64,000 nucleotides of DNA from Guillardia theta CCMP2712 (taxonomy: Eukaryota; Protista; Cryptophyta): the NCBI RefSeq assembly GCF_000315625.1, contig NW_005434578.1:62001-126000 (forward strand), given 5' to 3'. A program made the translations under genes and the position numbers. Shown piece after piece: positions 12,348-25,300 of this stretch; position 1 is the first letter of the stretch; each line of letters begins with the position of its first letter. The notes under the pieces are model-generated. The model did no database searches. It saw only the letters and a list, made by a program, of their open reading frames with translations, and was not told where the DNA came from.

Positions 12348-12899
12348 GACCTCTTTCCGTGCCCGATGGGATCAACAGAGCACTGCCGTTTCCTTCATCT
12401 CAAAAGCCTTTGATGACTTTGACAGAACGGTTAGGACGGTAAGACCCGATCTGATGCCACTGGTTGTACCACTCAAATGTTGTTAAGTGACCTCACCACA
12501 CAATGGGCCTGTCGAATACTGCTAGCATGCACCTTTATCAAAAGAGTCTGGAGTCTGCCTCTATCCATATCCGACAATAATTTGCCTATTCTTGCCTAGC
12601 TAGTCTCTTAGCATTCAACAGCGTGTTCACTCTCGCCCATCATGGCGCATCATCTGGCCCTTGAACTATCTCATGTCTGAAAGTACATATCGCGACAACT
12701 ATCGCAAACGAACGTGTATCTCTCCACCCCTTTCCCATCCTCTTGTTACCCCTACGGGGCTCTCTTCAGCTGTCCCATCTCAGCTTCGTCGTCTCCTTCC
12801 TCTCCCTCTCTCCTTCTCTTCCTCCTCGCTCTCTTGACATGTTGGCCACATCCCCTGCATTCCCTGCATCTCTGAGTAAGTTGTCGGGCAAAATTTAAT

Positions 12900-13930
12900 T
12901 GAGTAAAACTTCAGGCGTTTGATTTTTTTTTTCTAACTTCGGAACTGCCGCAGTGCGGCAAGGCCCCGGGCCGCTTCGGACTGAAATCAACGCCGGGTTA
13001 CCGTAGTACCGTACCGTCGGTCACCGGTACGGTACTGAGGGTTGCCTGAAAACTGTTGGAGCCTGCCGCGGCGGACCATGCCAGGCAGCCTCCACTGAAG
13101 CCCGTCACGGGCCGCGCTCCGAACGGTCCAACGGAACTTCAGAAGGCAGAGCCTGCCAGGCTGTCACAGTAGCGGCCGCGACGACGGCCGCCCAACGACG
13201 GTTGCAAGAAGTTGCCCGTCACAGCCTTTACTCAAAGTTAAGTGAGATCCGAGTACGAAGATCGGCAGCCTGGACACTTTCACAACCGTTCATGATGATC
13301 GGACCGTTGAACTGCGGCCAGAGCCGGGCCGCCCGCCTGCGGCGAGGGCCACCGTGCCACGCTCACCGGCGGTCACCGGGTGCCGGCCCACTCAGACGGT
13401 CCCCCGGGCCGGGCCGGGGCGGGCGCGGCCGCCGGGGCGGCGCCGCGGCCCGGCCCGCCGCTCAGGCTCACAGGCTCACCCGGCCCTGACTGAGTCACTA
13501 CGGTTGCAACCGCCGCCGCCGGATCCGATCGAACTTAGAGCGCCGCTTGACACAGTCCGGCGCCGCAGCGCCGGCCGCCGGGCCGCGGCGGCACTGGTGA
13601 CCGGGCGCCGGGGGGACTCCGGGCTGTCACCGTCACGGTCCGCCGAGAGTCAACGCGCCCGGCCGGCCCGGGAGGCCCGGGGCCCCGCGCGCGCGCCGCC
13701 GCGCCGGGACTCGCGGCTCGTCTGTGTTCAGTAGTCAAGTCAGTGGTTCCGGCGCCGGCGTGGCCGGAGCCGCTGCGGCCGGTGCCTGGCCGCGCCAGCA
13801 CTCAGATTCGATCGTCATCGGCGGGTGATGGGGCCGCCGAACGTACGGGGCCTTGCAATACTAATACCCGGTGACCGCCGCCGGGTACGGTGCTAGCCTG
13901 AGCAGCCTATCACAGCCGCTGAGCCCTGCC
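12900..13930. other. GC-rich palindrome-dense intergenic island
   Basis: Extreme GC with CCGG/GGCC/CGGTAC words. Left border has AACTT copies. Confidence 0.75.
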
Positions 13931-14036
13931 TCTGGAACATATCCTGACTCAACGTTAAACGTTAGGTTTTATGATTCTAGTCTGATATTGCTCAAATATA
14001 TTTCGATCATAGCCTAGTATGCAGCAGCCCGAAGGA

Positions 14037-14957
14037 TTAAACAGACCAGCCGTTCAAAAAATCCATCTCTGCACGTGCAGGATCGTCCAGATATTCACCA
14101 TGCTTCGTAGAAACCTCAGCTGCGTCATCGTTACCATCCATTCTCAGTGAATCACCAAGCCTCAATCTCTTATTCCAACTAAAAGTCAGCGGCCAAAACA
14201 TAGAATTCTGACTTGAACTTGAATCATTCCTTGGACTTTTTCTGCGTTCCATAATCATTGTTGGACTTGATGGTGCCCGAAGATGTTTCGTTACTTCTCG
14301 TTTGTCATTCGATTCTCTAGAAAATATTGAAGAGTCTGCCAAGCTCATCAGGCTGCTTGCTGGAATCCCCAACCGCAACAAATATCTCCTCCGAAGCTGG
14401 AATGCAGATCGATTGGCCCACATGAGATGTTTGAGGCAGCTTGTCTCATTCAGTTGGAGAAACGTCTGTAAGCTTGTAGATTCCAGCGGCGTGTCATGCT
14501 TCAGACAACATTTCCCATAATCCATACCAACAATGCATCGAGATTCTCTAGAATCGTTGTACTCTGGACCGTCATCGCGTACTAGCGGCAGAGACCAATG
14601 GACCGTTCTGGATCTCAGTAAAGGGTCTACCTCAGGCGAGTCACTTCGAGCTTGTTCGCGGAGTCGTAAGCGCGGAGAAGAAAGATCCGTAGACTCTAAT
14701 AATTTCTTGAAGGCCAGGTTTGAATGCGATTCCTTCACACAAAGATCAATGCCCTCCAACTTTTTGCTGCCGTGCAACACCCTCCCTGCTCTGACTGAAC
14801 GTCGTCGTGGCCAAGGAGCAGCATTGAGAGACCATGGATACAAATCGAGCGAAGATGCAATCGGCTCTCCATCATGGTCTATGAATAATGTGCAAGCGTT
14901 CCGATGCGCATTCAATTCAGAAAGAATTGCAAGGCTATCGAAATTGTTCTTTTCCAT
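14037..14957 (-). CDS. Hypothetical protein, 306 aa, single ORF
   Basis: Long ATG-started ORF, no recognisable motif. Confidence 0.5.
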   Translation of the reverse strand: MEKNNFDSLAILSELNAHRNACTLFIDHDGEPIASSLDLYPWSLNAAPWPRRRSVRAGRVLHGSKKLEGIDLCVKESHSNLAFKKLLESTDLSSPRLRLREQARSDSPEVDPLLRSRTVHWSLPLVRDDGPEYNDSRESRCIVGMDYGKCCLKHDTPLESTSLQTFLQLNETSCLKHLMWANRSAFQLRRRYLLRLGIPASSLMSLADSSIFSRESNDKREVTKHLRAPSSPTMIMERRKSPRNDSSSSQNSMFWPLTFSWNKRLRLGDSLRMDGNDDAAEVSTKHGEYLDDPARAEMDFLNGWSV

Positions 14958-15739
14958 GTTTCCGAGCTTCCAACAGCATCTAGTCTGCGATCAGGGTTCA
15001 GGAATCTTAAAATCTGATGAAGTGCACGCGAGATAACAAACTCCAACAAATTTCGAAGTCAATCCACTTGCTTGAGAGCAAGATTTTTCGCGAAGCACGT
15101 CAAATCACAAGATATCAAACAAGCTTGGCGTGTTCAGGCAATTCAAGTGTACAAAAGAGGTTGAGAGTAACGGATCAGATGACAATAACGAAGTTAGCAA
15201 AAGATCTCTTATTAAAGTGTTAAATCAACACAAATATATTCAGAGAATTAAGTCAGCATAAAATGGGACTCCGCACGAGTTTTGAGGGTCGTGAGGTTAC
15301 TATGTCAGTGAAGAACAAGGGCTCAGACATGCGCCAACTTGTCAAGTTGAAGAAAAGCAGCCATCAGGGCATGCATTCTCCTCGCGCCGCCCTGGCTACG
15401 TACATCGCTACATCTCTTCCCGAGTCCCCCGATCCACCCGCTCCGCAGCTACAAACCAATCGTCTACGTTCTTCAATGCCCCTCTATTGAAATATGGTGT
15501 CCTCCTCCTCTTATTAGATATATCTCTGAGGCGGAGTTTTTTCGGTCCGGGCTTTGCCTGGCCTGGTCACACCGGCTGTTCGACCCGGCATGCAGGAATC
15601 ACTGCCGCAGCCCGCCAATAGTGAAAAGAGTCCGCACATGTATTGATATTAGGATAACAGGAAGGCAGCAATCAAACATAGACAGTCCACGGCTCCCGAA
15701 AAGAGGTTCCTGTCCTGCTCCTTTTTTTGGCCTCAAGGG

Positions 15740-17420
15740 GTGGGGGTTTGATGACAGGAATAGGGTGGGATGACAGACACCGGTCCTGATACGTTACACC
15801 GTGAAGGGGGTTCCTACCACACCCCCAAAATCTCCTGCGAGGTGTACTACGGGTGATGGGAGATTTTGGGGAATAGAACGGGTTTTACCGATATCCGTCC
15901 CTACTCCGTGGTCTAAAGGGGTGGGTCATAAATTTTTGGATTGGTTCTACGATGGTAGGGTAGCAATCATATGGTTGGGTGGGCTAGGGTTCCGGGGGAA
16001 ACCCACAGCCGGGTGGGGTGGGACATGGGACCAAGGGGTACGCAACTCCCCTGTTGGGGGAAGGGGTTAAAAAGGCTCCAAAAGTACCGGGTAGTTACAG
16101 ATGAAAGTATCATCATTTCATGGGGTAGTGACACGATTGGTAGGTGGTTTAAACCGACAGTCCGTGACGGGGTGGGGAACGAAAAGTCATGAAACACAAA
16201 TAACGGATTTGTGTTTGTAACGGAAGAAAGATATGAATATTTTGAGAATACGTCACCTTGAAAAGTTGAATATTTCAGCAAGAATATGAAGTATGTTCAT
16301 TCTCTTTGAAAATAGAAGACCGTGACGTACCGGCACTTCTGTCCCTCTCCGCACCGGTCCTGGCCGTCAGGAAATCGGATATATACAAGACTTTGTACTG
16401 CATTCTCACAGAACACGTACAAATGCTGATACAAATATGACGTGGTAGTAAGTGTACCTTTCGATCGAAAATGTGTATATAAATTTGGTACAAAAATAAA
16501 GCCATGGAAGAATAGGGCAGGCGCTTTGCTGGTAATGTTTGAAATCTTTGTACAAAAGTACTACGTTTTAAGCGCTAAAACGGTCCCAATAAATATTTTG
16601 GAAATTTCAAAAACAATTTTACTTCTACACCCCTCCGGTCGGATATCTGTACGGGGGTACCTTATTTCGATATTATATTGTTTTTAAAAACACCCCACCC
16701 CCAGCCGTTACGCGCGTGCATCACACCGGTATCACCTGATACAAACTGTGGTACCTTTCGGAGGAAGAGATGTACCAAATTTACTATTTGTCGGAAAGTT
16801 GTACAGTTGGTTTCTACATAGCTTAATATGTACTGAAAACAAGAAACACAGTACTAACTTTGTGGTATTATTTAACTACCAGGAGACCATTTTGGTCCTA
16901 GAGAGTCTTTGTAGAGAGGTTCTAGGAACACTACCCTGAGTTGGGATTATCTCCCTGCAATGAAATTCGGTGGTGGGGGTGGTTACCCCCTACCCCCTTC
17001 TCCCGCATCTTCTTCTTCATGGTCAAACGCCGCAGTCCAGGAGGAACAGAATCGGAGGCGGGCCAACCCTTTATTCCATATTGAGTTGGCTTGTCTGGTC
17101 TGAGAATATGTTCAGACCAGACTATACGGCGTGTATTCCAGTACAAATTCAAATTCTATCTGTACCTGCGTTTGAATTCTCTCGGAGGATGGGAGGGGTA
17201 CTGCTACGCCAACTTTTTTTGAAAAGGTGATTCTATCTTCAGGGTGGGTGGAAACGATAGCCTTGCACCGGTGGAGGAAAGTACCCCTTGGGCAGTTAGG
17301 GGTGGTCAGAGGGAACACCCCCCTACCCCCCATTGGGCCCTTGTTTGGCTCGGTTTCTGTCCTCTGGGGGTCATCCGCCTCCCGCCAACCCGCCTGCCTG
17401 CTCGCATGCACTCGGCTACC
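15740..17420. other. GpC-depleted intergenic tract (G-rich left end, AT-rich middle, C-rich right end)
   Basis: Hand count 15781-16200: 6 GpC vs 19 CpG. GGGT/ACCC/GTAC abundant. Confidence 0.75.
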
Positions 17421-17920
17421 CTCTGTCACTTGTTTCTTGCTTTCCTCTCTTGTTTTTGTGTTGTTTCCATGTGTTCTGATGTATTCATTGTATGAATGTC
17501 GTTTTTGTCCTGATTCGAGATCAATTTTCAATCGTTCTCGTCTTGTAATTTGCATCACCACATTGCGCCCTGAACATTCTGGTCAATTTGTGTGGTCTGA
17601 GGTCGTGCGATTCTGCTATAGTCTCTTGATTACACCCGCTCTCTCTTCTGCTATTGATACCAGGCTGCTTATTTCCTGTTTGCCACGCTGAGATCGCCGA
17701 AATCCAGATGTCTTTGCCGTGGAAATGCGAATTTCATCATCCTCTTCATACCCACTTGATCTTGATGCGATTTGATTTCTATGTTTGTTGCAATGCTTTG
17801 ATTTTGTTCGATTCCCCTCCTAACAAATTTCTGACTTTTCTGTCGTAGTTTTTGGCTACTCAAATACACATAGATCCAATCAAATCTCGTTTATAATTTT
17901 CTCAAGAACAACCACTCAAA

Positions 17921-18819
17921 ATGGATATGAGCGGTGATGTGCCCCTGGGCGGAGACATGGTCCAGCTTACTTGCAAGATTGTTGATCCGGAAATGAACGG
18001 AGGTCTTCGCTACAAGGCATGGACTCACCATCGTGAGTCTGTCCTTCAGCGTCTTGGTGCTTGGCAACTCGTGGCATCTGGACCGGACTTTGCCACTTTC
18101 AACGTCCCGCGTGCGATTGTGGAGGCTGCTGCCACGGAGCGCCAGGCCAAAATTCCCAAGGAAGAGCGCCGCTATTGGGGAGATCGATCTGATTTCTGCC
18201 GCTGCCTCGAGACTGTCTTGAATGAGCAAGAGCCAAAGCCACACAGCGCCCCTGCGCCTTCGTCCTACCTCCTTTTCTGCCAGGACAAGCGCCAGGAACA
18301 CAAGGAGACTGGAAACACGGCCCCCCTCGACGTCAAGGAACTTGGTGCCATGTGGCGTGCTCTGAGCGATGAAGAGCGTAAGCCTTGGGTTGACAAGGCT
18401 GAGCAGCTCAAGGCCTCCGGCGCTACTCTTGGCATCACTGGCCGCAAGCGCTCTAAGGCTAAGGGATCCGGCCTGGGTACTACCACTCCTATTCAGCCCC
18501 TCCCACCTGCAGTCCAGGCTTGCTGCAGCGAAAATGGTTTGGACGACGTAGATGTTCTCATCAGACTGGTCGAGTCCAAGCAGCCCATGGAGTTGATGAC
18601 CTACGAGCGACGCCTCCGTGTCATCATGAACCGTCTCCACGAGCTTCAGTTCCAGATTGCCACCTCCCTCCCTGCCAAGAAGCGCCACAAGCCTTCCCAC
18701 CAGCAGATGAACCAGCACATGGCTCACATGAACCAGGTACTTGTTACCGTTGCGAAGTCGTGAACCTGACTTTTCTACAGCAGCAAATGCTTCATCAGAT
18801 GCGAACCTTCGGAAATTAA
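17921..18819 (+). CDS. HMG-box protein with additional unknown N- and C-terminal domains
   Basis: APSSYLLFCQDKRQEHK...VKELGAMWRALSDEERKPWVDKAEQLK. Probable short last intron (CAG|GTACTT...CTACAG) adding QQMLHQMRTFGN*. Confidence 0.85.
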
Positions 18820-19298
18820 AGTGTGCTCCTTTTTTGGTTAACAGATGATCTTCCTTCGGAGATCGTGCAAGATGAAGGGAAAGTGCAAATTAATATTACA
18901 GACCATATCTACTTGGGTCTGCTATCTGAAGATAATGCTGCTGTTTCAAAGACAAGCTGTCAGCAAGAGTGTTGATTTCTTTTCTCTCGTGTCGCTCTTG
19001 CTGAGTTGACAGCTTTGGTGATGTGCTCTAAATAAATACTTGATTAACTACGCTTCCTTTTCACATACGCCTTCGAAAATTGCGAGAGGGAGTAAGAGGT
19101 AAAGGAATCAAAAGAGGGAAAGATGAAGCAACAAATCAAAGCAGTGAAGGACAGCAAGGATCGACAACCTCAAACAGGAGTTGGTCCTCCATCTGCCTTG
19201 GCTCCCAGATCAGCGATCGTAGCTGAATGGACCCACGTCTACTTCCTCGAATTCACAGGGAATAAGGAGGTAGGGTGGTGCGGAACGGGGGCCTCAGA

Positions 19299-22047
19299 AT
19301 GCAGAGACCGGTCGCGTTGGTGGCGCTGCTGGTAGTGTCATCAGGTTATGACTTCGATGAATCATGCTCGTTGGATGTGCTCATGTGAACTTCCCGCACC
19401 TGCTTGGCCTTGGATGTTGATGTTGCCGTCTCAAGCCCTTCCTCCTGCTCCCTGATGACTTCTGTGTGCGGGATCCCGCGCGATCTCAGAGGTCTGAACT
19501 GCAGTCTGCAGGGGAAGCATCGAGTTCCTTTCACAGCACAGCAAGAATCATATCGAAAACGTCGTTCTCGATCCCGACGTTGAGGGCTCTGAGAGGAGGG
19601 AGCAATGTGAGTGTGGGACGCCTTCAATGCTCGCACCGATATAACTTTGCAGGTCGATGAACCCATAAGGCATGATGAGCATACGGTCACATTCAAGAGA
19701 AGAGCGCATCTCAACGATAACGAACACCTGTACATTGTTGGAGACTGCAAAGCAATGGGAGACAGCGACATGTCTTGTGCGATCAAGATGAAATTTGATG
19801 AGTCCAGCAATGAGTGGGTGACACAGGTTGTACATACTCATATCATGCAGTAGCTCACCCTCGATCGGACAGATCGACTCAGTGCCAGCCAACACTCAGT
19901 ACAGATATTTTGCTGCGGACCCGAACCATGTTGAGAGTAGCGCTCGGCACATGACGAGCTACTGGTACCTGGTCCGCGTTCCGGATGCTAGCCAGAAGGA
20001 GGTGGTATCGGACGACTGTACTCAGCTCATCCGGTTTCAAGTCTACAAGGGTTCCCTGCCTCCTCCTCCTCCTCAGGAGCCCCCTCACAGAACTTGCTAG
20101 GGGCCCAGGATGTCCGAGTTTGCGGCTCGATCAAGGAGTTGGGGCACTGGAAAGCGGACCAGGCACTTCGTCTTGATAAGAAGGGAGACACAAAATGGGA
20201 GGTGGGCTCTTTGCGTGCAATTTGAATATGAGGATGAGGATGAGGATGTAAATGGTAGAGCTGATGACGATGACGACTTGGAAACACAGATGGAGTTGAT
20301 GACGATGATTACAGGCAGTGGTTCCCATACCCTCCGAGTCTCTTTTCGACTTTCAATACAAGTGACTTATATCATGCTCTGATTAACTTGTCACGACCCT
20401 GGTAGGTATGTCGCAGACGGTGTCTTTGAAGATGGCGGCAACAGAATCTCTGATGTTTCCGACGTGGAGCCTCAGCCTGAAGGAAACCGGTATCATGTGC
20501 TGGGAATCTGATCGGGCCTCATCGACTGCCTCAGTTGTGTCTCGAACCTGCAAGCTGTCTTCAACGGCCTGCTGGTCAGATTTCTGATCTTTCATCCAAT
20601 CGGTGTGAACGAGAGAATGGTCATCACCGGAGGACATCCCGTACCTTGACCGCTCTCCTTGCCTGCGCGCTCATGTCCTGCAGGCTTTCGGAAACTGGAA
20701 CCCGGTGAACCAATGGTGTCGTATGGGTCTAGGGAACGAGCGGACGCTGCTGACGGGTATAGCAAGGATACTGCTGGCAAGGTGAGAGGCTCAACCATGG
20801 GGCGCAGGTGTCCGAGGGAGATGCTGGGAAGCGACGTTTCCTGCTCCTCCAGAGGATTACCGAGAAGTTGAGGTAGGAGACGCCTTGATGCCCTTCACTG
20901 AGAGTAAGCTCCTTGTGTGCAGTACAGGTACGTCATCCTCAATGAAGAGCAGAACCAGGCAGTGTGGGAGAGCGAGCCGAATCGCCGAATTTCCTTCTTT
21001 CCGGGTTATGTGCAGAAAGAGGACGCAATAGGATGCTCTTGACAGAGAGACAGGTGCCGTCTCTCAGAGCGGCAAGAACGGGGGATTTCGACGTCGAGAA
21101 TTCACACAGTTCGACGGGAACTTGTCGGCCTTGGATGGACGAATGTCTCACGTCTGCTGACATGCGCTGCAGCGTTGCAAAGGAGCTTCTCTTCGACTTC
21201 ATCCCTCCCTGCTTGTTCATTGGTGACCTGCTGTGACATGACAGCTCTCCGGCTGATGTTGCTGTCGTTGTTTCTCAGGTCCGTACCCACAATGTAAAGA
21301 TGACGTCGAGGTACCTCGTGAGCTGCTGTCCCTTGCGGACTCTGAATGCTCTCAGCGCATGAAGGCAGCGGGGGTGACGGGAGTTGTCAACGTTCAGACA
21401 CAGAAAGACATCATGCAGCGGATGGTAGACGAAACGATCACAGCATATGGAGTTGCCTGACACTTCTCAGGTAAATATGGACTTGATGCGAGGCTTGTAC
21501 CATGAACAAGGTGGAAATCTCCTAGTCTTTCAGCTTATGAACCTTTTCTCGCAGGCATTGAGTTTCGACATGTTCCTATCGAAGACTTCAATGGCGTACG
21601 TGCTGCAAACTTGCGTTGATGGTTTGTAAGAATTTGGTGGAACAGCAAGACTTGGCAGAACGTGTCAAGTTTGCTGCCAAGGCCACACATGAGCTTGTCG
21701 AGCTTGCAAAGTCGAGGGGGCAGGAGCCTCGGGTGAGAATGTTGGCTAACAGGAGGTTGCAAGACTCACGTTGACGGCAAGGTCTACATCCACTGCACGG
21801 CCGGGATGGGACGAGCACCAGCGACAGCTTGCGTCTACCTAGTATGGAAGTGAGTGCTGACTAGTTCTCCGACAAGTTTGAAGTAGGACACAGGCACGGC
21901 CATGACCTCGACTCGGCAAGAGCGCATGTCAAGAAGCATCGCCCCATCGTCGCTCCTAACTACAACGCCATGAAGCTTGTAGCCGTTAGCTCCTCTCTGA
22001 GCCATTCTCTGACGTCTGTCTAGGCCTTGCAGCGTGGACTTGACTGA
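19299..22047 (+). CDS. Laforin/SEX4-like glucan (dual-specificity) phosphatase with at least three CBM20-like modules and a probable signal peptide
   Basis: VYIHCTAGMGRAP at ~21780-21820, GPYPQ, VVNVQT, HVPIEDF, KKHRP. CBM20-like segments LYIVGDCKAMG, VRVCGSIKELGHW, MVITGGHP-AFGNWNP...YRYVI...VWEREPNR. Confidence 0.85.
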
Positions 22048-22079
22048 CTCCGAACCGTTCGACTAGTCACAGTAGATGA

Positions 22080-22300
22080 CAGTCGCCTCACCGAGTCAGC
22101 CGGGCCCCGGCCGGGCAGGGCGGCGCCTCACTACTGTCCCGCCGCGGGCTTTGAGCCGGGCTGTACGGTACGGAGGCTCCGTAGCCAGGCTCAGGCTAGT
22201 AACTGAGTAGTTGCCGTTACTGATCTGGAGCCGGACAACCGTACGGTAGACAGCGGAACTTTGAAACTTTAGGCCCCTGTACAAGATTTGAATGAAAGTT
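22080..22300. other. Short GC-rich palindromic island with AACTT border
   Basis: GAGTCAGCCGGGCCCCGGCCGGG, GTACGGTACGG, GGAACTTTGAAACTTT. Confidence 0.65.
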
Positions 22301-22356
22301 TGATCTTTTCTTCCGCCGATCGGCTGGTCCCGAAGCCCCGAGGGTTTCTACCAGCC

Positions 22357-25300
22357 ATGGAGGAAGAGACGCGGGCGACTTGCAATGAGCTCGTGGGACA
22401 CGGCGAGCGAGTCATGTGCAGGCAACGACATGCTGAGAAGTGAGGAAGAGCGTTGATGAGGTAGATTGGTAGGAGAGGGCAAGGGGAGGAGCAGCTTCAT
22501 CATGCAGCGGGGAGCGCATGCTTATGGTATCTTCTCATCGCGCCAGAACCCCACGATCACGTCAAGAACTTCAGCAGCTTACGGGGACCATGAGAGCGAG
22601 GCCTTGTACGGCGTCGGAGCTGCTGTCTCTCAGAGCGAAGGCAAGACCTTTCGAGTCAATGCTCTCAAGAGCGGAGGCCCCGCGGAGAGCGCTGGGCTCC
22701 TGAGGAATGATCAGATCGTGACGGTCGACGGCAAGCGACCACCAGACCTGAGCGCTCTGAGGAGCATGCTACTGGGACAGAAGGGAACCCGAGTCGTCAT
22801 CGGTGTCAGGCGACCAGGAGTGCAGCATGTCATCTCTATCGAGATCACGAGGGGCGATCGAAACACTACATTGTCTCCTCTCGTTGGGATCGGCATGGGC
22901 TTCCGGCCCTTGTCCAGTGGCGGCTACTTGGTCACGAACATCGTGCCAGGAAGCGCAGCTGACAGAGCAGGCATCAAGCACAACGACGTGATATGCATCT
23001 GCAACGGGGTGCTGCTGGTCAACAAGCCCACCAACTTCCTGTCAGAGACTCTGAGCTCCAACGCTGCGGAGAGTTTCACGTTGGGGATCAAGAGAGGGGA
23101 GGGTCTCAAGACTCTGACCGTCACTGTCATCAACTCGCCGCTCATGGAAGCAAGCCCTGAGCTCGCTGCCGACTCGGGTGTAAGAACCATCGAGCTGCGG
23201 GAGACGCAGGGAAGCTATTCGGCCAACTTCTACACGGATGCCGGGGGGTCAGTGTATGACTCGGACAGGTCAGACAGCAAGCTGACGGCAGCGAGCTCCA
23301 CCTCCTATCGCAGCGGGTTCTACTCGGACAGCAGCAGAGACGCGTCGGACTACAGCAGTGACGACAGCAGAGGACAGTCGTCCCCTCGTTTGATGTTCAC
23401 CAAGACATCCATCCAGCAGGACGGGGGAATGATATTCTCGAGCAGGAGCCAGACTCTTCCTCCTCGCACTCGCTCCAAGCGCTTCCAAACCGCCAGCTCG
23501 CTGGGTTCTGGACCCGAGCTGCCGACGGCGACGAGGAAAGAGAGAGAAGAAGCGTACAACAACAATGATGCTCCGAGTGACCCGATCGCTCATGTCGCTC
23601 CGTCCGAGGCAGCAGCAGCAGCAGCAGGAGATGAGAGACGCCGGTACTCGCCTGATGAGCTAACGCATTTCCAAACCAAAGTGATGAACAAGATCCACGC
23701 GCTTGAGGTGCTGTACGAGGACTTGAAGATAGCGCGAGAGAGGCTGAAAGACGACCTGCACACTGAGAGCGTCGAGAAGCTGCAGCGACTGATCCATACT
23801 TACGACGACCTTGTACGGAGTGAGCATCACCGGCAGGAGGCTGAGAGAGCCCGAGAAGAAGGCGAAGTTCGTCGAGAACGAGAAATGACTTATGTCAAAG
23901 ATTTCATCCACAAGATGGCGGATCAGATTGATCTTGTCTTGGACAACCAAACAAGAATGGAACACATGCTGACCGAACATGACTCGAAGATGGCAAGCTT
24001 CGAGGACAGTCTGGTGCGGCTGAAACAGGAGCAAGACGGGCTGATAGAGGGGCTAGAGGAGATGCAGCTTAAGATCAAGTCATCGGTCACTATGGTGGAA
24101 GAGAACATGTTGCAGCGAGAGCAGCAGATTTATCAAAAGCTCAACGAGTCGAGGATAGAGATCGTCTCCTCGTTTCATGCCGACCCCTCCAAGGTGACAG
24201 ATTCGCCATCATCGCTCGACTCAGAGCTCAAAGCCAACGGCGGCACCCCCTACACCCCTCGCAAGTCATCGCAAGGCAAGGAAACCTTGTACAGCCCGCG
24301 AGAGAAGAGAGGAAAGTCTGCAGACCATGGGGAGACGATAGTCTCGTACGCTGGGTTCTATCCTGTCTTGTATGCTCAGAAGTGTGTCTTCTCAGACGTG
24401 GCTCCTCCCAATATGAGATGTACGAGAATCTTTCTTGACGACAGGATGGTCATCTTTCAAAAGAACAAGGATGGGGTGCATGACCTCCAGTATGCGATAG
24501 TTGTACATCTAGTCAGCCAGAAGATCTGGGCATACAAGATCATGGGGGGGATAGCGCAGAGGAATCGGACCTTATTCCAGGTGGTGGGGGAGGACATCTG
24601 CGTCTTCGTTCACGATGACAGCGGAAAAATTGACCTCAAGAAGCTCTTCGTGCTCAAGTTTGCGAACGACGATAGGATGTTCCTTCAATCAGTCCACATC
24701 GACCCGTCCATCCCGTCTCGGACGCTATGCCACATCGAAGCCGTCGGTCGCAGTTGTGTCTTGTTTGCACATGACGTCGATCGCAAGTTTGATCTCCGCA
24801 AGTGAGAAAGGATGAGAGGTGACTGTGCTTGTCTGCCCCTGAGCTTGCCGCAGCATCTTCGTGCTCGATACCGAGATGCTCACTCTGAGAAACTGTTCTG
24901 AGATCATGAACCTCAACCCCGAGCAAAAGGAGCTTGTAAGGAGCTCCTCTCGCTGAAGACTCGTGTGCTCTTCTCACCTCCTGCAGGCCTTCCACGGCAT
25001 CTCGTGTACGGTCGTTGGGTTCAAACTTGTCCTGGTGCTTCAGACCGTCAGCTCTCTTGACCTCAGCCAGGTCTGGATAGTCGACACCAACCTCGGAATG
25101 ATCTCGACCCCGGTCACCTTGAGTGAGCCCTGCAGCAGCTCCAGCAGCGTGCGGGCGCTGGTCAAGGTGACGTGGGAGGTTGCTGTGGCATCGCTCAGTC
25201 GCTCCAGCAGGCGATGAAGCACTCAGTTTACTTGTTCGTCGAGGAGGAGGAGCAGAAGATCGACTTCGAGCAGACGATGATGATCGACATGGGTCAGCGC

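Noticed and set aside
13202-13801. R/P/G/A-rich ORFs in GC islands (also 28179-28699, 41729-42504, 51643-52408)
   Set aside because: Open on both strands because stops are rare at extreme GC; no motifs or splice pattern.
15740-17420. Telomeric repeat or CpG-decay explanation for the G-rich tracts
   Set aside because: No fixed repeat unit, and CpG outnumbers GpC in the counted segment.
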